A program made the position numbers and the translations under genes. Below are positions 1 through 11,437 of a DNA stretch of 36,252 nucleotides, one piece after another. The DNA comes from Octopus bimaculoides (lineage: Eukaryota): NCBI RefSeq assembly GCF_001194135.2, contig NC_068998.1, positions 37,619,046 to 37,655,297 on the forward strand, in the 5' to 3' direction. Every line of letters starts with the position of its first letter. Positions within the stretch are counted from its first letter, which is position 1. The notes under the pieces are model-generated. The model was given only the letters and a program-made list of their open reading frames with translations, had not been told where the DNA came from and ran no database searches.

Positions 1-43
<43 letters not shown>

Positions 44-186
44 CACACACATATATCCACATATACATATATATATATATATACACACATATATATACAT
101 ATATATACATATATATATATACATACATACACACACATGTACACACATACATACATATATACACATTATCTCTCACAGATACACGC

Positions 187-218
<32 letters not shown>
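1..218. repeat. (AT)n/(AC)n compound microsatellite
   Basis: Direct: interrupted AT, ATAC and AC runs. Confidence 0.95.
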
Positions 219-222
<4 letters not shown>

Positions 223-1058
223 CAAATAAGAAAATGGAGAGGATATAAAATCGACAAACGTCATCCAGTAGACAATTGCATTATATCTATTTATTAGATA
301 ACAAACATGTGTTTAAGTGGTACAAATAAAAGAATGAGAACAGCTGATAAATACGCAAACATATATATATAGAGATGAATGAATACTAATAGATGAGTGT
401 ACAGATACAAATCACTTACGGCCGTTTCTACCATGAGGCCTCAGAATCTTCCAAGTCATTCTCATCACGTCAATGATGTACAGGGATGAACAAACATTGG
501 ACAGAGATTGGATAATGGTTGAGCCTCAAGGCTTCTTCAGAGAGTACAAATGTTAGGAAACTAATATGTAGGAAATTCAGTTAGAATAATAGAGTAGGGT
601 AAATAAGATACCATGTCTACACATTACATTACATTACTTTTATTTTTACCTATTTTACTCTATCTTATTAACCCTACGCTATTATTCTAACTGAATTTCC
701 CACATGTTAGTTTCCTAACATTAGTACTCTCTGAAGAAGCCTTGAGACTCAGCCATTATCCAAACTCTGTCCATTGTTTGTTCATCCCTGTATATCACTG
801 ACGTGATGAGGATAACTTGGAAGCTTCTGAGGCCACATGGTAGAAACGGCCGTAAGGAATTTGTATCTGTACACTCATCTATTAGTATTCATTCATNNNN
901 NNNNNNATTTACATATATCTGTTTACGTATTTATTGTCTGATCTCATTCGTTTACTTGTACCACTCAAACACATGTTTGTTATCTAATAAATAGATATAA
1001 TGGAATGTTCACTGGCTGACGTTTGTTGATTTTATATCCTCTCCATTTTCTTATTTGC

Positions 1059-1061
<3 letters not shown>
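219..1061. mobile_element. Foldback (long imperfect inverted repeat) element between (TA)n tracts, probably two head-to-head PLE 3' ends
   Basis: Left arm 219-610 is the approximate reverse complement of right arm 661-1061 (AAGGCAAATAAGAAAATGGAGAGGATATAAAATC vs GATTTTATATCCTCTCCATTTTCTTATTTGCCTT), with a 50-bp spacer. PLE origin is inference. Confidence 0.85.
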
Positions 1062-1093
<32 letters not shown>

Positions 1094-1234
1094 CCCCCCA
1101 TAAAATGAAGAGCAAACACAAAACAAAACAACGCGAGGACGTGGTACAAATATCCCTTAGATAGTTTTTTTTAACCTCTAACTCATATAGACATACACAT
1201 ATATATATGAATGTATATGTTTGTGTCTACATTT

Positions 1235-1351
1235 GACCGATAGAATAAGGACTAAGCTTACAAAGAATAAGTCCTGGCTTCGATTTGTTCAATTAAAGGC
1301 GGCGCTCCAGCGTGGCCGCAGTCAAATGACTGAAAGAAGTAAAAGAATAAA
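1235..1351 (+). mobile_element. SINE family A, 3' fragment
   Basis: GATAGAATAAG..AATAAGTCCTGG..CGATTTG..AAGGCGGCGCTCCAGCGTGGCCGCAGTCAAATGACTGAAA..TAAAAGAATAAAA, matching the 3' ends of the copies at 3046, 22539 and 35628. Confidence 0.85.
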
Positions 1352-1362
1352 ATTAAAAATTA

Positions 1363-1511
1363 AAATATATATATGTGTGTGTGGTGAGTATGTATATGTG
1401 CGTGCGTACTTGTCTGTGCGTGTACGTGTGTGTGTAGAGAGAGAGAGTGTGTGTGTGTGTGCGTGTGTGTGTGTAAAAAAAGCGAAATATGCAGAATCAT
1501 GCCTTGATGAA

Positions 1512-1548
<37 letters not shown>
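1363..1548. repeat. (GT)n/(GA)n/(CT)n microsatellites
   Basis: Direct. Confidence 0.9.
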
Positions 1549-1549
<1 letters not shown>

Positions 1550-3045
1550 TCTTCCTCCTCTTACTATCCCTATTTTGTGAGAGAGAAGGAAATAATGAGA
1601 TACTCTAATGAATGCTTATTCTATGCTTCATAAAACTGCATTGTTCCATGATGTCACCGTGTTTATTTCTTTGTTGCAAAATTCATAAAAAAATAAAAAG
1701 TAAAACAAAAAGGACCATATAAACTCGATTTCAATTAGACATAAATCCAACTCACTTATATTTAAATACTACAAAATATCCATTTACGTCTGCTAATGTT
1801 TCTATCTGTTTGATAGAAAAGGCAGAGACATTTAAGGCGAACGTACATTATTCAAAATGGACGTTTGATAGGAATAGTGAAAAATACACTCACCATTAAA
1901 AATAAGCGGAAGCTATAAACCTTCTAGCTGTCCTTGTATTTTTGTATTGCAATAGTATGGTGTTTCGTTTGCCAGGCAACTGGTTGTTAATTCATTTCCA
2001 AAGGTAAAATTGAGAGTAGGAAATTATTTTGGCGTTCATGCTTTCTCCCCAAAACCTTATTATGGAAATAAAATAGAATTTCACTAAAGCAATGAATCAA
2101 AATCACTTCGCTAATTCCCTTTCTTTACCTCCACTCTCTTAACCAGTGTGTGTGTGATGCATGCATACATATTTACAAATAAATATGTACATACGTATGC
2201 ATGTATGTATGAATCTTCCGGCTATAGTGAATAGTTCTTTGAAAATCAGAGAGAAACAAAATGAAGGCTAACAACTGCTTCGAAACTTTCGGCTTTCATA
2301 ACCAGATTACAAATTCACGTTTGTACCAAATAATAATTGGTGCATTTGGTTTGGTTATTAAATGCCTAAGTAATAATCTGTAAAAGCTAGAATTTTCAGA
2401 AACTGAAATTAACCAGCTAACACGCACATTACAAATACAGTCAGTAAGTGGAACAGTAAAAATACTCAAGTTCAACATATGACGTTGGTGTTATAGCTTT
2501 GCACCTTTGTCAGAAACCAGCTCCTCTTTGAAAACGATGACTTCAAATAATTAAAAATAGAAGAGAACATAAATACACACAAACAAACAAACAAACATAT
2601 TTAGACACATATTAAGCAATGAGCACAAAAAAAGACGCAAGAGAAACAAGTTTTAACTAATGTCGCATTAGTTTAACACTTAAAGAGAATGGAAAGAGCT
2701 TAATGCTTTGGATGCTAATCCTTCATAACAAAAAAATTGATGTATGAGAGTAGGTGGTTAGAAAAAGAGAAAGAAGAACGGGGTTAGGAATCAGGAGGGA
2801 ACATGGTTCTATGGTGGGGAGGATTAGGAAAGAGGATGCGGGATGATATGTGCATGTATAGGAGGGTATGGCCACAGAACAGGTTTCATTATTCCAGTTC
2901 ATCAAGCAATTGATGATAGCTTCAATATGGATTCTATACGTTATGGTAAACTACACTTTCACGATGATGGAACCATACTGCCACGCCCACGGGCAAAACA
3001 ACCCTACCGGATGAGACTTAAATGCAAATAAATAAATATAAGATT

Positions 3046-3226
3046 GTGTGAGAAGCTTGCTTCCCAGCCACATGATTCTGGGTTCACTCCTACTGCGTGG
3101 CACATTGGGCACGTGGTTTTTACTATACCTTTAGGCAGACCAAAGCCTTGTGAGTGGAATTGATAGACGGTAATTGAAAGAAGCCCGTCGTATATAAATA
3201 CGTCTGTATAAATATGTGTGTGTTTG

Positions 3227-3290
<64 letters not shown>

Positions 3291-3546
3291 TGTGTGTCTG
3301 CGTGGGATTTCTGTACATTTATGTTTGTCTTTGTGTCTGTATTTGTTCCCGATCACCTCTTGACAAACGATGTTAGTGTGTATATGTCCTAGCAACATAG
3401 CAGTTCGGCAAAGAGGGACGGTAGAATAAGTACCAGGCTTAACAAAAAAATACGTACTGGGGTCGATTCATTCGACCAAAAGTTTCTTCAATCCGATGCC
3501 CCAGCATGGTCGCATTCTAATGACTGAAACAAGTAAAAGATAAAAG
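3046..3546 (+). mobile_element. SINE family A, near full length with internal (GT)n/(GCGT)n
   Basis: tRNA-like head (GAAGCTTGCTTCCCAGCCACATGATTCTGGGTTCACTCC), body ending GAAAGAAGCCCGTCG, microsatellite, 3' half with GAATAAGTACCAGG..CTGGGGTCGATTCATTCGAC and an AAAAGATAAAAG tail; homologous to other copies in the window. Confidence 0.9.
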
Positions 3547-4030
3547 CTTATGAAAACTACAAAACTGTATTTTGATAGAAATTAAACGTACAAAATACAA
3601 GTCGTTGAAAGCTGAAAGAGTAGATGTTCTGGGTTGCAGAATACTGCTGTGAATGCCAAAGTAATGACACTAACATTCTGGAAGTGTATGACGACAAGAG
3701 TCATTTTAGAATCGCAATGTTCTCTTTGTCGAGTTAGTAGTTAGTTAAGGAATGACAGTAAGAAAGGAGACACTGTTAGAATAGCGTTTAAAACTGGTTT
3801 AGCTGTAGTCGGTTTAGTAATAAGTTATTAATAAATTATTAGTTAACTGGAGAGGGTGACCTACTTGACAGCAAACAGGCGGGTTTGCATTAGCGTAGCG
3901 GATAGATCAAAGACGAACATACTCTTAAACACAAGCATACAGACACACACAAGCACACGCAAAGGTGTGTGGATGTACACACTCCTGTTCGAACATGCGC
4001 ACAGGCACATATATGCACATATATACTCAT

Positions 4031-4044
4031 ATACGTGTGTATAG

Positions 4045-4075
<31 letters not shown>

Positions 4076-4289
4076 NNNNNNNNNNNNNNNNNNNNNNNNN
4101 NNNNNNNNNNNNNNNNNNNNNNNNNNNNNNNNNNNNNNNNNNNNNNNNNNNNNNNNNNNNNNNNNNNNNNNNNNNNNNNNNNNNNNNNNNNNNNNNNNNN
4201 NNNNNNNNNNNNNNNNNNNNNNNNNNNNNNNNNNNNNNNNNNNNNNNNNNNNNNNNNNNNNNNNNNNNNNNNNNNNNNNNNNNNNNNNN

Positions 4290-4360
<71 letters not shown>
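4031..4360. repeat. (AT)n - N gap - (AT)n(AG)n
   Basis: Direct. Confidence 0.9.
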
Positions 4361-4363
<3 letters not shown>

Positions 4364-5086
4364 GTATATGTATTTATTTGCGTACATGTGGTTTCGCACA
4401 TATAGTGCGTATGCACGAGTACATGCGAACATGTGTGTGCGCGCGAGTGTGTCAGGAGGTTTGTGTGTGTGTGTATGTGTGTGTGCGCAAGCGAGAGATA
4501 CTTTTTGATCACCTAATTATTAAAAAGTCGGAAACGACAATGTCGCCCCAAATATGTCTAGCCATTCAGCTATTAAATAACTATCATTTTTTAAAAAAAC
4601 TACAACAACCATTGCATCTCACTTAAATTATATTATCACCTGTTTTTCCGAAAATATTGTCTCCATACTCTTTTGCATCTTCAACTAGATCTGCAAACAG
4701 AAGCTGCATATTCCTGAACGACTCTTATCTTTGTACTTACCCAAAATACTGTCTTCGGTATTTTTATTACTATCATTACTGCATATCTTAACACCAACTG
4801 TCTGCTCAGCTTCAGGTCTAAATTTCTATCATAATCTTGAAATGTTTTGTTTAAATTTTCTCTTGTATTTTTATCTTTATTCACAGGTTATGGAATTTAG
4901 TTCTCAAGCACTGGCGATGTTTATGTTATATGGGAGCGTATAGCAATGGCGTTTCCCCATTCTACACAGTCTAGTCGCCTGACCAAGCGGAAACGCAAAT
5001 CGTGAACAGTGACTTTGAATAAATATTATTCTAATCTGCTTCAACATATCGAATATATTTTGTGTAAATAAATTGCATGCATACTG

Positions 5087-5168
<82 letters not shown>

Positions 5169-5524
5169 NNNNNNNNNNNNNNNNNNNNNNNNNNNNNNNN
5201 NNNNNNNNNNNNNNNNNNNNNNNNNNNNNNNNNNNNNNNNNNNNNNNNNNNNNNNNNNNNNNNNNNNNNNNNNNNNNNNNNNNNNNNNNNNNNNNNNNNN
5301 NNNNNNNNNNNNNNNNNNNNNNNNNNNNNNNNNNNNNNNNNNNNNNNNNNNNNNNNNNNNNNNNNNNNNNNNNNNNNNNNNNNNNNNNNNNNNNNNNNNN
5401 NNNNNNNNNNNNNNNNNNNNNNNNNNNNNNNNNNNNNNNNNNNNNNNNNNNNNNNNNNNNNNNNNNNNNNNNNNNNNNNNNNNNNNNNNNNNNNNNNNNN
5501 NNNATATATATATATATATATATA
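5087..5524. repeat. (GT)n - N gap - (AT)n
   Basis: Direct. Confidence 0.9.
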
Positions 5525-5674
5525 ATTTAAATAGAGGGTATGTTAACCTCATGAAGGGATGGTTTGCATCCAAGGAAATGCTGATTCAATACCTAGTATT
5601 TGGGGGGAAATGAAATTCTCTTAAAGCAATTGGGTATATATAAACCATATAGTTTGTATCCATTTAAAAGAATG

Positions 5675-5739
5675 AAAGAAAATGGAGATTAGGAACGTAA
5701 TTATTTTTTATCATTAATTTTCTAATCTCCATTTTCTTT
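5675..5739. repeat. Perfect 18-bp inverted repeat with 29-nt loop
   Basis: AAAGAAAATGGAGATTAG (5675-5692) and CTAATCTCCATTTTCTTT (5722-5739). Confidence 0.9.
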
Positions 5740-6345
5740 TAGATTTATATAAAGAACTGTTGCGCAAGGCAAATTAATGCTGGATATATTCTGCAGAAAA
5801 AGAAAGATGAAACATGTAATATATTCCAAAACCTCGTAGGAGGATTTTGTCCCAATCTCTTTCTCTCTTGCCTCCTTCTCTCCACTGTTATAAGAAAAAA
5901 GATCGATCGTCGTTAACTGTAACTTAAGTTTTTGTTTACAAATGAACTTAGATAAAATAATTCGAAAATTTTAGGTTGTGCCATGCTGAAGATTCCAAGC
6001 GAGGATGAAATGATATCATACATGGCTACTATGATAATGATAAAGAATAATAATAAAAAGTATTATATGCAATAAGATGGGTGTTCTTTCTTCTCACTCT
6101 TCTCACTTTTTGAAAAAAAGATTCTTCACTGAACACAAAAGATGGATATTCTTAAAAACGGTTATCTCCTCCTGCAAATCTCTTTCGTTTACTGTCTCCA
6201 CTACAGTTATACATCTTCCTGTAAGACCACCATGTGTGTGTGTGTGTGTGTGACAGGGTATGTATGTATGTATGTATGTATGTATGTATGTCAGAAGACT
6301 AATGTGATTATTTGAGCTTATTATTCACTCAATATACACTTTAAA

Positions 6346-6419
6346 AGATCTAGTTCTCTCATACAGATCTAGTTCTCTCATACAGATCTAGTTCTCTCAT
6401 ACAGATCTAGTTCTCTCAT
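6346..6419. repeat. 19-bp minisatellite, about 3.9 copies
   Basis: AGATCTAGTTCTCTCATAC repeated perfectly. Confidence 0.95.
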
Positions 6420-7444
6420 GCACGGTAGCTACGCCAAAGCGAGCATTCCCTCATTTAACCTGATCGATAAAATTATTGAAACGGTAAGAAAACCTAAAGC
6501 TAAATAGAATTCTTATTTATTTATTTTTTTAAAATAACAATGGAGAATAAAAGTTGCAAGTTTCTCTGCACTTAAAACAACGATATTTCTTTCAATCAAA
6601 AATGCGAGAAAGTAAATCCGATATAGTTTTGTAATTTACTATTTTATCTAGAAAATTGCTTTTGCTAAAGAATATAAAGTATGTCCCCAGAAAGTCTTGT
6701 GACAAAACGTTGATGCTACTAATAAATGTTAACAACAGTTAAATTGTTAATATTGGTTTCTGAGAGAATGAAGACCATAAATTCTTGTAGGAAAAGTATG
6801 GAATCGATTACATTGGTTCTAGTCTTTGATTCGTAGCTTATTTGATCGAGCGCAGAAAGATGGGAAGTCAAGTCGTATCCGTTGGATTTTAATATGCAGA
6901 GCAAATAGCACCATAAGGAAATATTGAAAAAAAGCTGATTGCCATAAATGGTAGAGTAACTAACTACATGAGACTGGTGACAATGTAATGTGTATGTATG
7001 TATGTGTTGTGGCTCAGTCAAATGACTGAAACAGGTAAAAGTATTAAAAAAATTAAAGATTACTACTATAGTAATATTTTGGGATGGTCACCTTTTTTTT
7101 CTGGCCAAATATACACAGACATTATGAATTTGTTCGATAATAGTTTATTATTCTTCTTATTTTATGTCCATTGCCTGGAAATCTTTCGTTTCACACCTCT
7201 GACCTCTTTAGCGACCCTCCATCCCACATGTCTCCTCCTGCTCTGTTTAGTCCATTCTGTCTTTCTATGGTATGTATCTTTATCTGCGCATGCGTTTGCG
7301 TCTGTATGTGTATGTTTGTGTGTGCATGTGTGTATTCATACGTGTGCATGTGTCTTGTATGTGTGTATATTGGTTTATGTACTATACTGTTTGTATCTGT
7401 GTCTTTTTTCTCCTATTCTGTCTTTAGTCGTCATGTTTCGTAGT

Positions 7445-7800
7445 GTAGTGATTGGCGGTATTATTGTTCTATTCATGTTTTCTGTTGAATCTCGGTCTAT
7501 TATTATGTGTGTGGCCTCTGTAATCTGTCTAAATGTCGTGTCAGTTCTATGCTTTTATAATACCTTAACATCCATGTTATTAACCGAGCTTCTATGTTCT
7601 AATTGAGCATGTTGGTAGAGCACTGACGAACTTTTCTCCTCTTTGAGTTCCCGCAGTGTTCAACAACCCGTTCCCCTATACTCCATTGCAAGTTGTTGTC
7701 TTGCTTCTGCACCATCCTTCAGTACGTCGTATGCTAATCCCACAGTTAACCTATGGGTTCATCCTACATACAATACAGTTGCTCTCCGTACATGGGGAGT
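7445..7800 (-). mobile_element. Decayed Penelope-like element GIY-YIG endonuclease fragment
   Basis: Manual minus-strand translation with stops and frameshifts: NCIVCRMNP*VNC ... IGERVVEH ... SSVLYQHAQLEH..VKVL*KH..DTTFRQITEATH..RPRFNRKHE*. This resembles PLE EN motifs (CxxC linker, ERxxEH, RxxxEAxxI, NRK). Confidence 0.65.
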
Positions 7801-8173
7801 ATACACAAATATATACATATACATACACACACACATATACGCACAAATATATATATATTTGTGTATGCATGTGCGTGCGTGTGTGTGTGTGTATGCGTGT
7901 ATTGGCCAAAAGTTACCAGACACTATATCAAAACCATTGAATTCTAAGATTTATCTATGTTTAACAACTGAATGAATTTAATAAAAGCGACTAAATATGA
8001 AACAACATGAAAATTGTTCAAAACTGAAGTCCTTCTTATATATATCATAGTATAATAGATGTTAGTATACATAATACCGTTAATTTTTCGCTGCGGTACG
8101 GCACCTACATCCGTGGCAGGCCGTAAAGGGAGAAAAAGTCACCACTTCCGTCTATAGACTGGGGTAGTACCTT

Positions 8174-8218
8174 GGAACCCCTTATCATCCAGTGCTAGGA
8201 ACCCCTTATCATCCAGTG
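8174..8218. repeat. 21-bp direct duplication, period 24
   Basis: GGAACCCCTTATCATCCAGTG at 8174-8194 and 8198-8218. Confidence 0.95.
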
Positions 8219-8600
8219 TCAGAGATACGATGGTGATGTCAGCAGTAGGGTGTTGGATAACCGATAAAGTAGAGGAGTCCTAGACCAATGGTTTGCATAA
8301 TACTGCGGTCAAGTGGAAGATCTATAACATCAGACAACGGTTGGGTGTCAATAAGCAAGTTAGCTGCTACTACGGGGGTAGCTTCCTCGTCATTGAGCAC
8401 GCTCGTTGCACATTTGGACACCACTTACTACATGGCGCCTGGTTGTGGGGGCGACGCCAACTGCCTTACCAATAGTCCAAAGGCATTTTGTTCAGAGAGG
8501 TCTGAACAGATCAGTGAACGTCGACTTACAATAGACAGCCGACGAAGACTGTTGATTTATTAATATTATTTCTGTTACATTCAGAAAAAGTATTTTTTGT

Positions 8601-9684
8601 TATCCTTTATCTTTTATTTTTTTCAGCCGTTGGACAACACACATGCTGGGACACGGTCTTGGATAGTTTGGGCGAAGAAATCGATTCCAACACTCACTTT
8701 TTTAAGAATGGTACTTGTTCTCTCGAGAGTTTTTGCCCAATCACTAATTCACGGGACGTAAATAAGCCAACAGCGGCTGTCAAGCAGTTTGGGGAAAACA
8801 AGCACATATTACAAACTCATGCTGTATACATACACATACACACACGCGCACGTACAAAATACACACACACGCACGCACACGTACCCAACACCTACAACCC
8901 CACACAAACACACACACGAACACACACATACTCAAAAACTGCCTGCTGACCTTCCACTGACCATTGTCCATAAGCACCCACTAACTATTCCTGCTACTAA
9001 TTCCTTCCACTACGTCACACACACACACACACACAAACACACACATACACACTAACAGATAAACCACCAAACCACGCACACACACACATACATACGCACA
9101 CACATGTTTTGTTATTACACACACACTTGCAGACTCNNNNNNNNNNNNNNNNNNNNNNNNNNNNNNNNNNNNNNNNNNNNNNNNNNNNNNNNNNNNNNNN
9201 NNNNNNNNNNNNNNNNNNNNNNNNNNNNNNNNNNNNNNNNNNNNNNNNNNNNNNNNNNNNNNNNNNNNNNNNNNNNNNNNNNNNNNNNNNNNNNNNNNNN
9301 NNNNNNNNNNNNNNNNNNNNNNNNNNNNNNNNNNNNNNNNNNNNNNNNNNNNNNNNNNNNNNNNNNNNNNNNNNNNNNNNNNNNNNNNNNNNNNNNNNNN
9401 NNNNNNNNNNNNNNNNNNNNNNNNNNNNNNNNNNNNNNNNNNNNNNNNNNNNNNNNNNNNNNNNNNNNNNNNNNNNNNNNNNNNNNNNNNNNNNNNNNNN
9501 NNNNNNNNNNNNNNNNNNNNNNNNNNNNNNNNNNNNNNNNNNNNNNNNNNNNNNNNNNNNNNNNNNNNNNNNNNNNNNNNNNNNNNNNNNNNNNNNNNNN
9601 NNNNNNNNNNNNNNNNNNNNNNNNNNNNNNNNNNNNNNNNNNNNNNNNNNNNNNNNNNNNNNNNNNNNNNNNNNNNNNNNNNNN

Positions 9685-9756
<72 letters not shown>

Positions 9757-9946
9757 CATATACATATATACATACATATACATATATACATATATATACA
9801 TACCTGCCTACCAAATTGACTCACCAGACATTGATCAACCCTGGGCCACAGTAGAATTTCCTTGCCCAAGGTACCACGCACTGAGACTGAGTCAGAAACC
9901 ACGATGTTGCGAATCGGGCTGCTTAACCAGGCGGCCATGCCTGCAC
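8601..9946 (-). mobile_element. SINE family A, minus strand, with greatly expanded internal (CA)n and N gap
   Basis: Head at 9802-9946 (reverse complement GTGCAGGCATGGCCGCCTGGTTAAG..CTCAGTGCGTGGTACCTTGGGCAAG) and 3' half at 8601-8806 (reverse complement TACGTCCCG..AACAAGTACC..ATCGATTTCTTCG..GTCCCAGCATG..CTGAAAAAAATAAAAGATAAAGG), in the correct order. That both halves belong to one copy is inference across the gap. Confidence 0.75.
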
Positions 9947-10750
9947 TTTATTATCTCTTAGAAGCTCCAAAATGATCATTATCTTAATTAGCAATATCAT
10001 TATCTTAATTATCAGTTTCATCATCTTAATTATGAATCGTAAACAAGAAAGACATTGAGACAATCTCCAGAATTTAAATTTGAAGTTAACTTAATCTAGT
10101 AGCCAACGGAGGAATAAGCCTGGTCTTCAGCAGTATAATAACAATTCTAGATGTTTCCATATAATTTGACCTCGTCAATGAATTTTGATCTAATCATTTT
10201 GCCAGACCTTAAAGTTGCTGGAGAGAATATAAAATTTTATTTCATGACAACTGAGTAGTATAATGACTAGAAGAAAATACCCAGGGATGCCTGCTGCATG
10301 GAAAACAAGTAGTAAAACGGGCGCAAACATAGTTGGTGTGTGTGAAGCTGGAAAGTTCAATAACTTAACAATCGTGGGTGTATTGGAAAAGATTCAATCG
10401 ATTCATACATACCACCTGCAAATTTATGGATGTTAAATATATCGACCCACCCAGCGATGGCTTTCAAATTAACACCTTCTAAATGTTTTTCTGTGTAACT
10501 TTGGAACGGGATGGGGGATAGAGAAAGGGGAGGCAAAAGAAAGATGGCGAATCGACGTATAAAAATGTTATGAACTCAAGCTGATGAGAAACTGTTAATC
10601 TATTCAGAAGGAACCAAAACAATTACCTTGAGTTTCACATCAATTTATTCAATGAGTTCGAAAAATTAATGTTGATGATGATGATGATGTTAATAAACAG
10701 TTAGTACATGAATGACTCCTTCAACAACCATCTGTGTATGTTAGATGTAA

Positions 10751-10751
10751 C

Positions 10752-10797
<46 letters not shown>

Positions 10798-10799
10798 GT
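10751..10799. repeat. (AAT)n microsatellite
   Basis: Direct. Confidence 0.95.
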
Positions 10800-11437
10800 A
10801 ATTACAGTTATAGTTTGAATAATAAACAAGACACAGATAGCTTTATATGAGCTTCTAATAAGGTGAAGAAAACAGTCTGTAAAAGAGAAAAGCTGAAAGA
10901 CTGACATATTTCAGCTTTGTGGCATTGTTCTTTCGTAATTTTCCATATTCTTCGGCGTTGTTCGGAACATTTATATAATGGTTTATTGTTGTTTCAATAA
11001 TTAAGACGTTCTTTTGGAAAAATACACTATACAGCTTACAGCCAATAACTCTTGCAAAAGCACCAATTACGTTTTTTTTATCCATATTTCGATTTTTTTC
11101 ACCACAAAATTGAAACGGGCGTGACAACTATTGTAAATAAGAATAATGGATATAGTTTTCGATTATCTGCTGTACATTGTGTTTCACGTCGGCTATGGTT
11201 AACAACTGCCTGAGGGTAAAAGTGTGCTACTGCATAGGCATCATATGACTGGGATAATAAAGAAATAATTCAACTCGATTCATTCTTTATTGGGAATATA
11301 CTTCTCAAAAGTGGTGGGTGGAATTCTATATTACGGCTTAGAACAATATGCATTTCAGCCCTACGGTTATTAACATACTATAAAGACCTCAACTTTTTAA
11401 TTTTAGAATGGCATTATGTATTTCATCTGTCACCAAT

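Noticed and set aside
2843-3031. 62-aa ORF with plausible composition
   Set aside because: No recognisable domain or splice support; adjacent to a purine-rich tract typical of decayed repeat UTRs.
4965-5010. CTGACCAA-GCG-GAAA-CGC-AAATC hammerhead-like string
   Set aside because: G8 is altered, G12 and helix III are missing; too degenerate to call.
5548-5590. CTCATGAA-GGGATG..CATCC..GAAA hammerhead-like string
   Set aside because: Helix II is good, but the core, helix III and helix I register are not supportable without a consensus.
6460-6495. CTGATCGA..GAAACGGTA string; similar weak strings at about 10581, 32639 and 2870-2900 (minus)
   Set aside because: No consistent helix I or II; expected by chance in AT-rich DNA or too decayed.
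7643-7975. Plus-strand ORFs preceded by a strong acceptor at 7656
   Set aside because: Better explained as the antisense of a decayed PLE GIY-YIG fragment running into microsatellite.
8627-8710. Apparent 84-bp symmetric exon with a strong acceptor, encoding CWDTVLDSLGEEIDSNTHFFKNG, which resembles an acyl-carrier (phosphopantetheine) domain
   Set aside because: The same bases are the reverse complement of the SINE family A 3' half. The polypyrimidine tract is the SINE's A-rich tail, so the peptide similarity is most likely coincidental.
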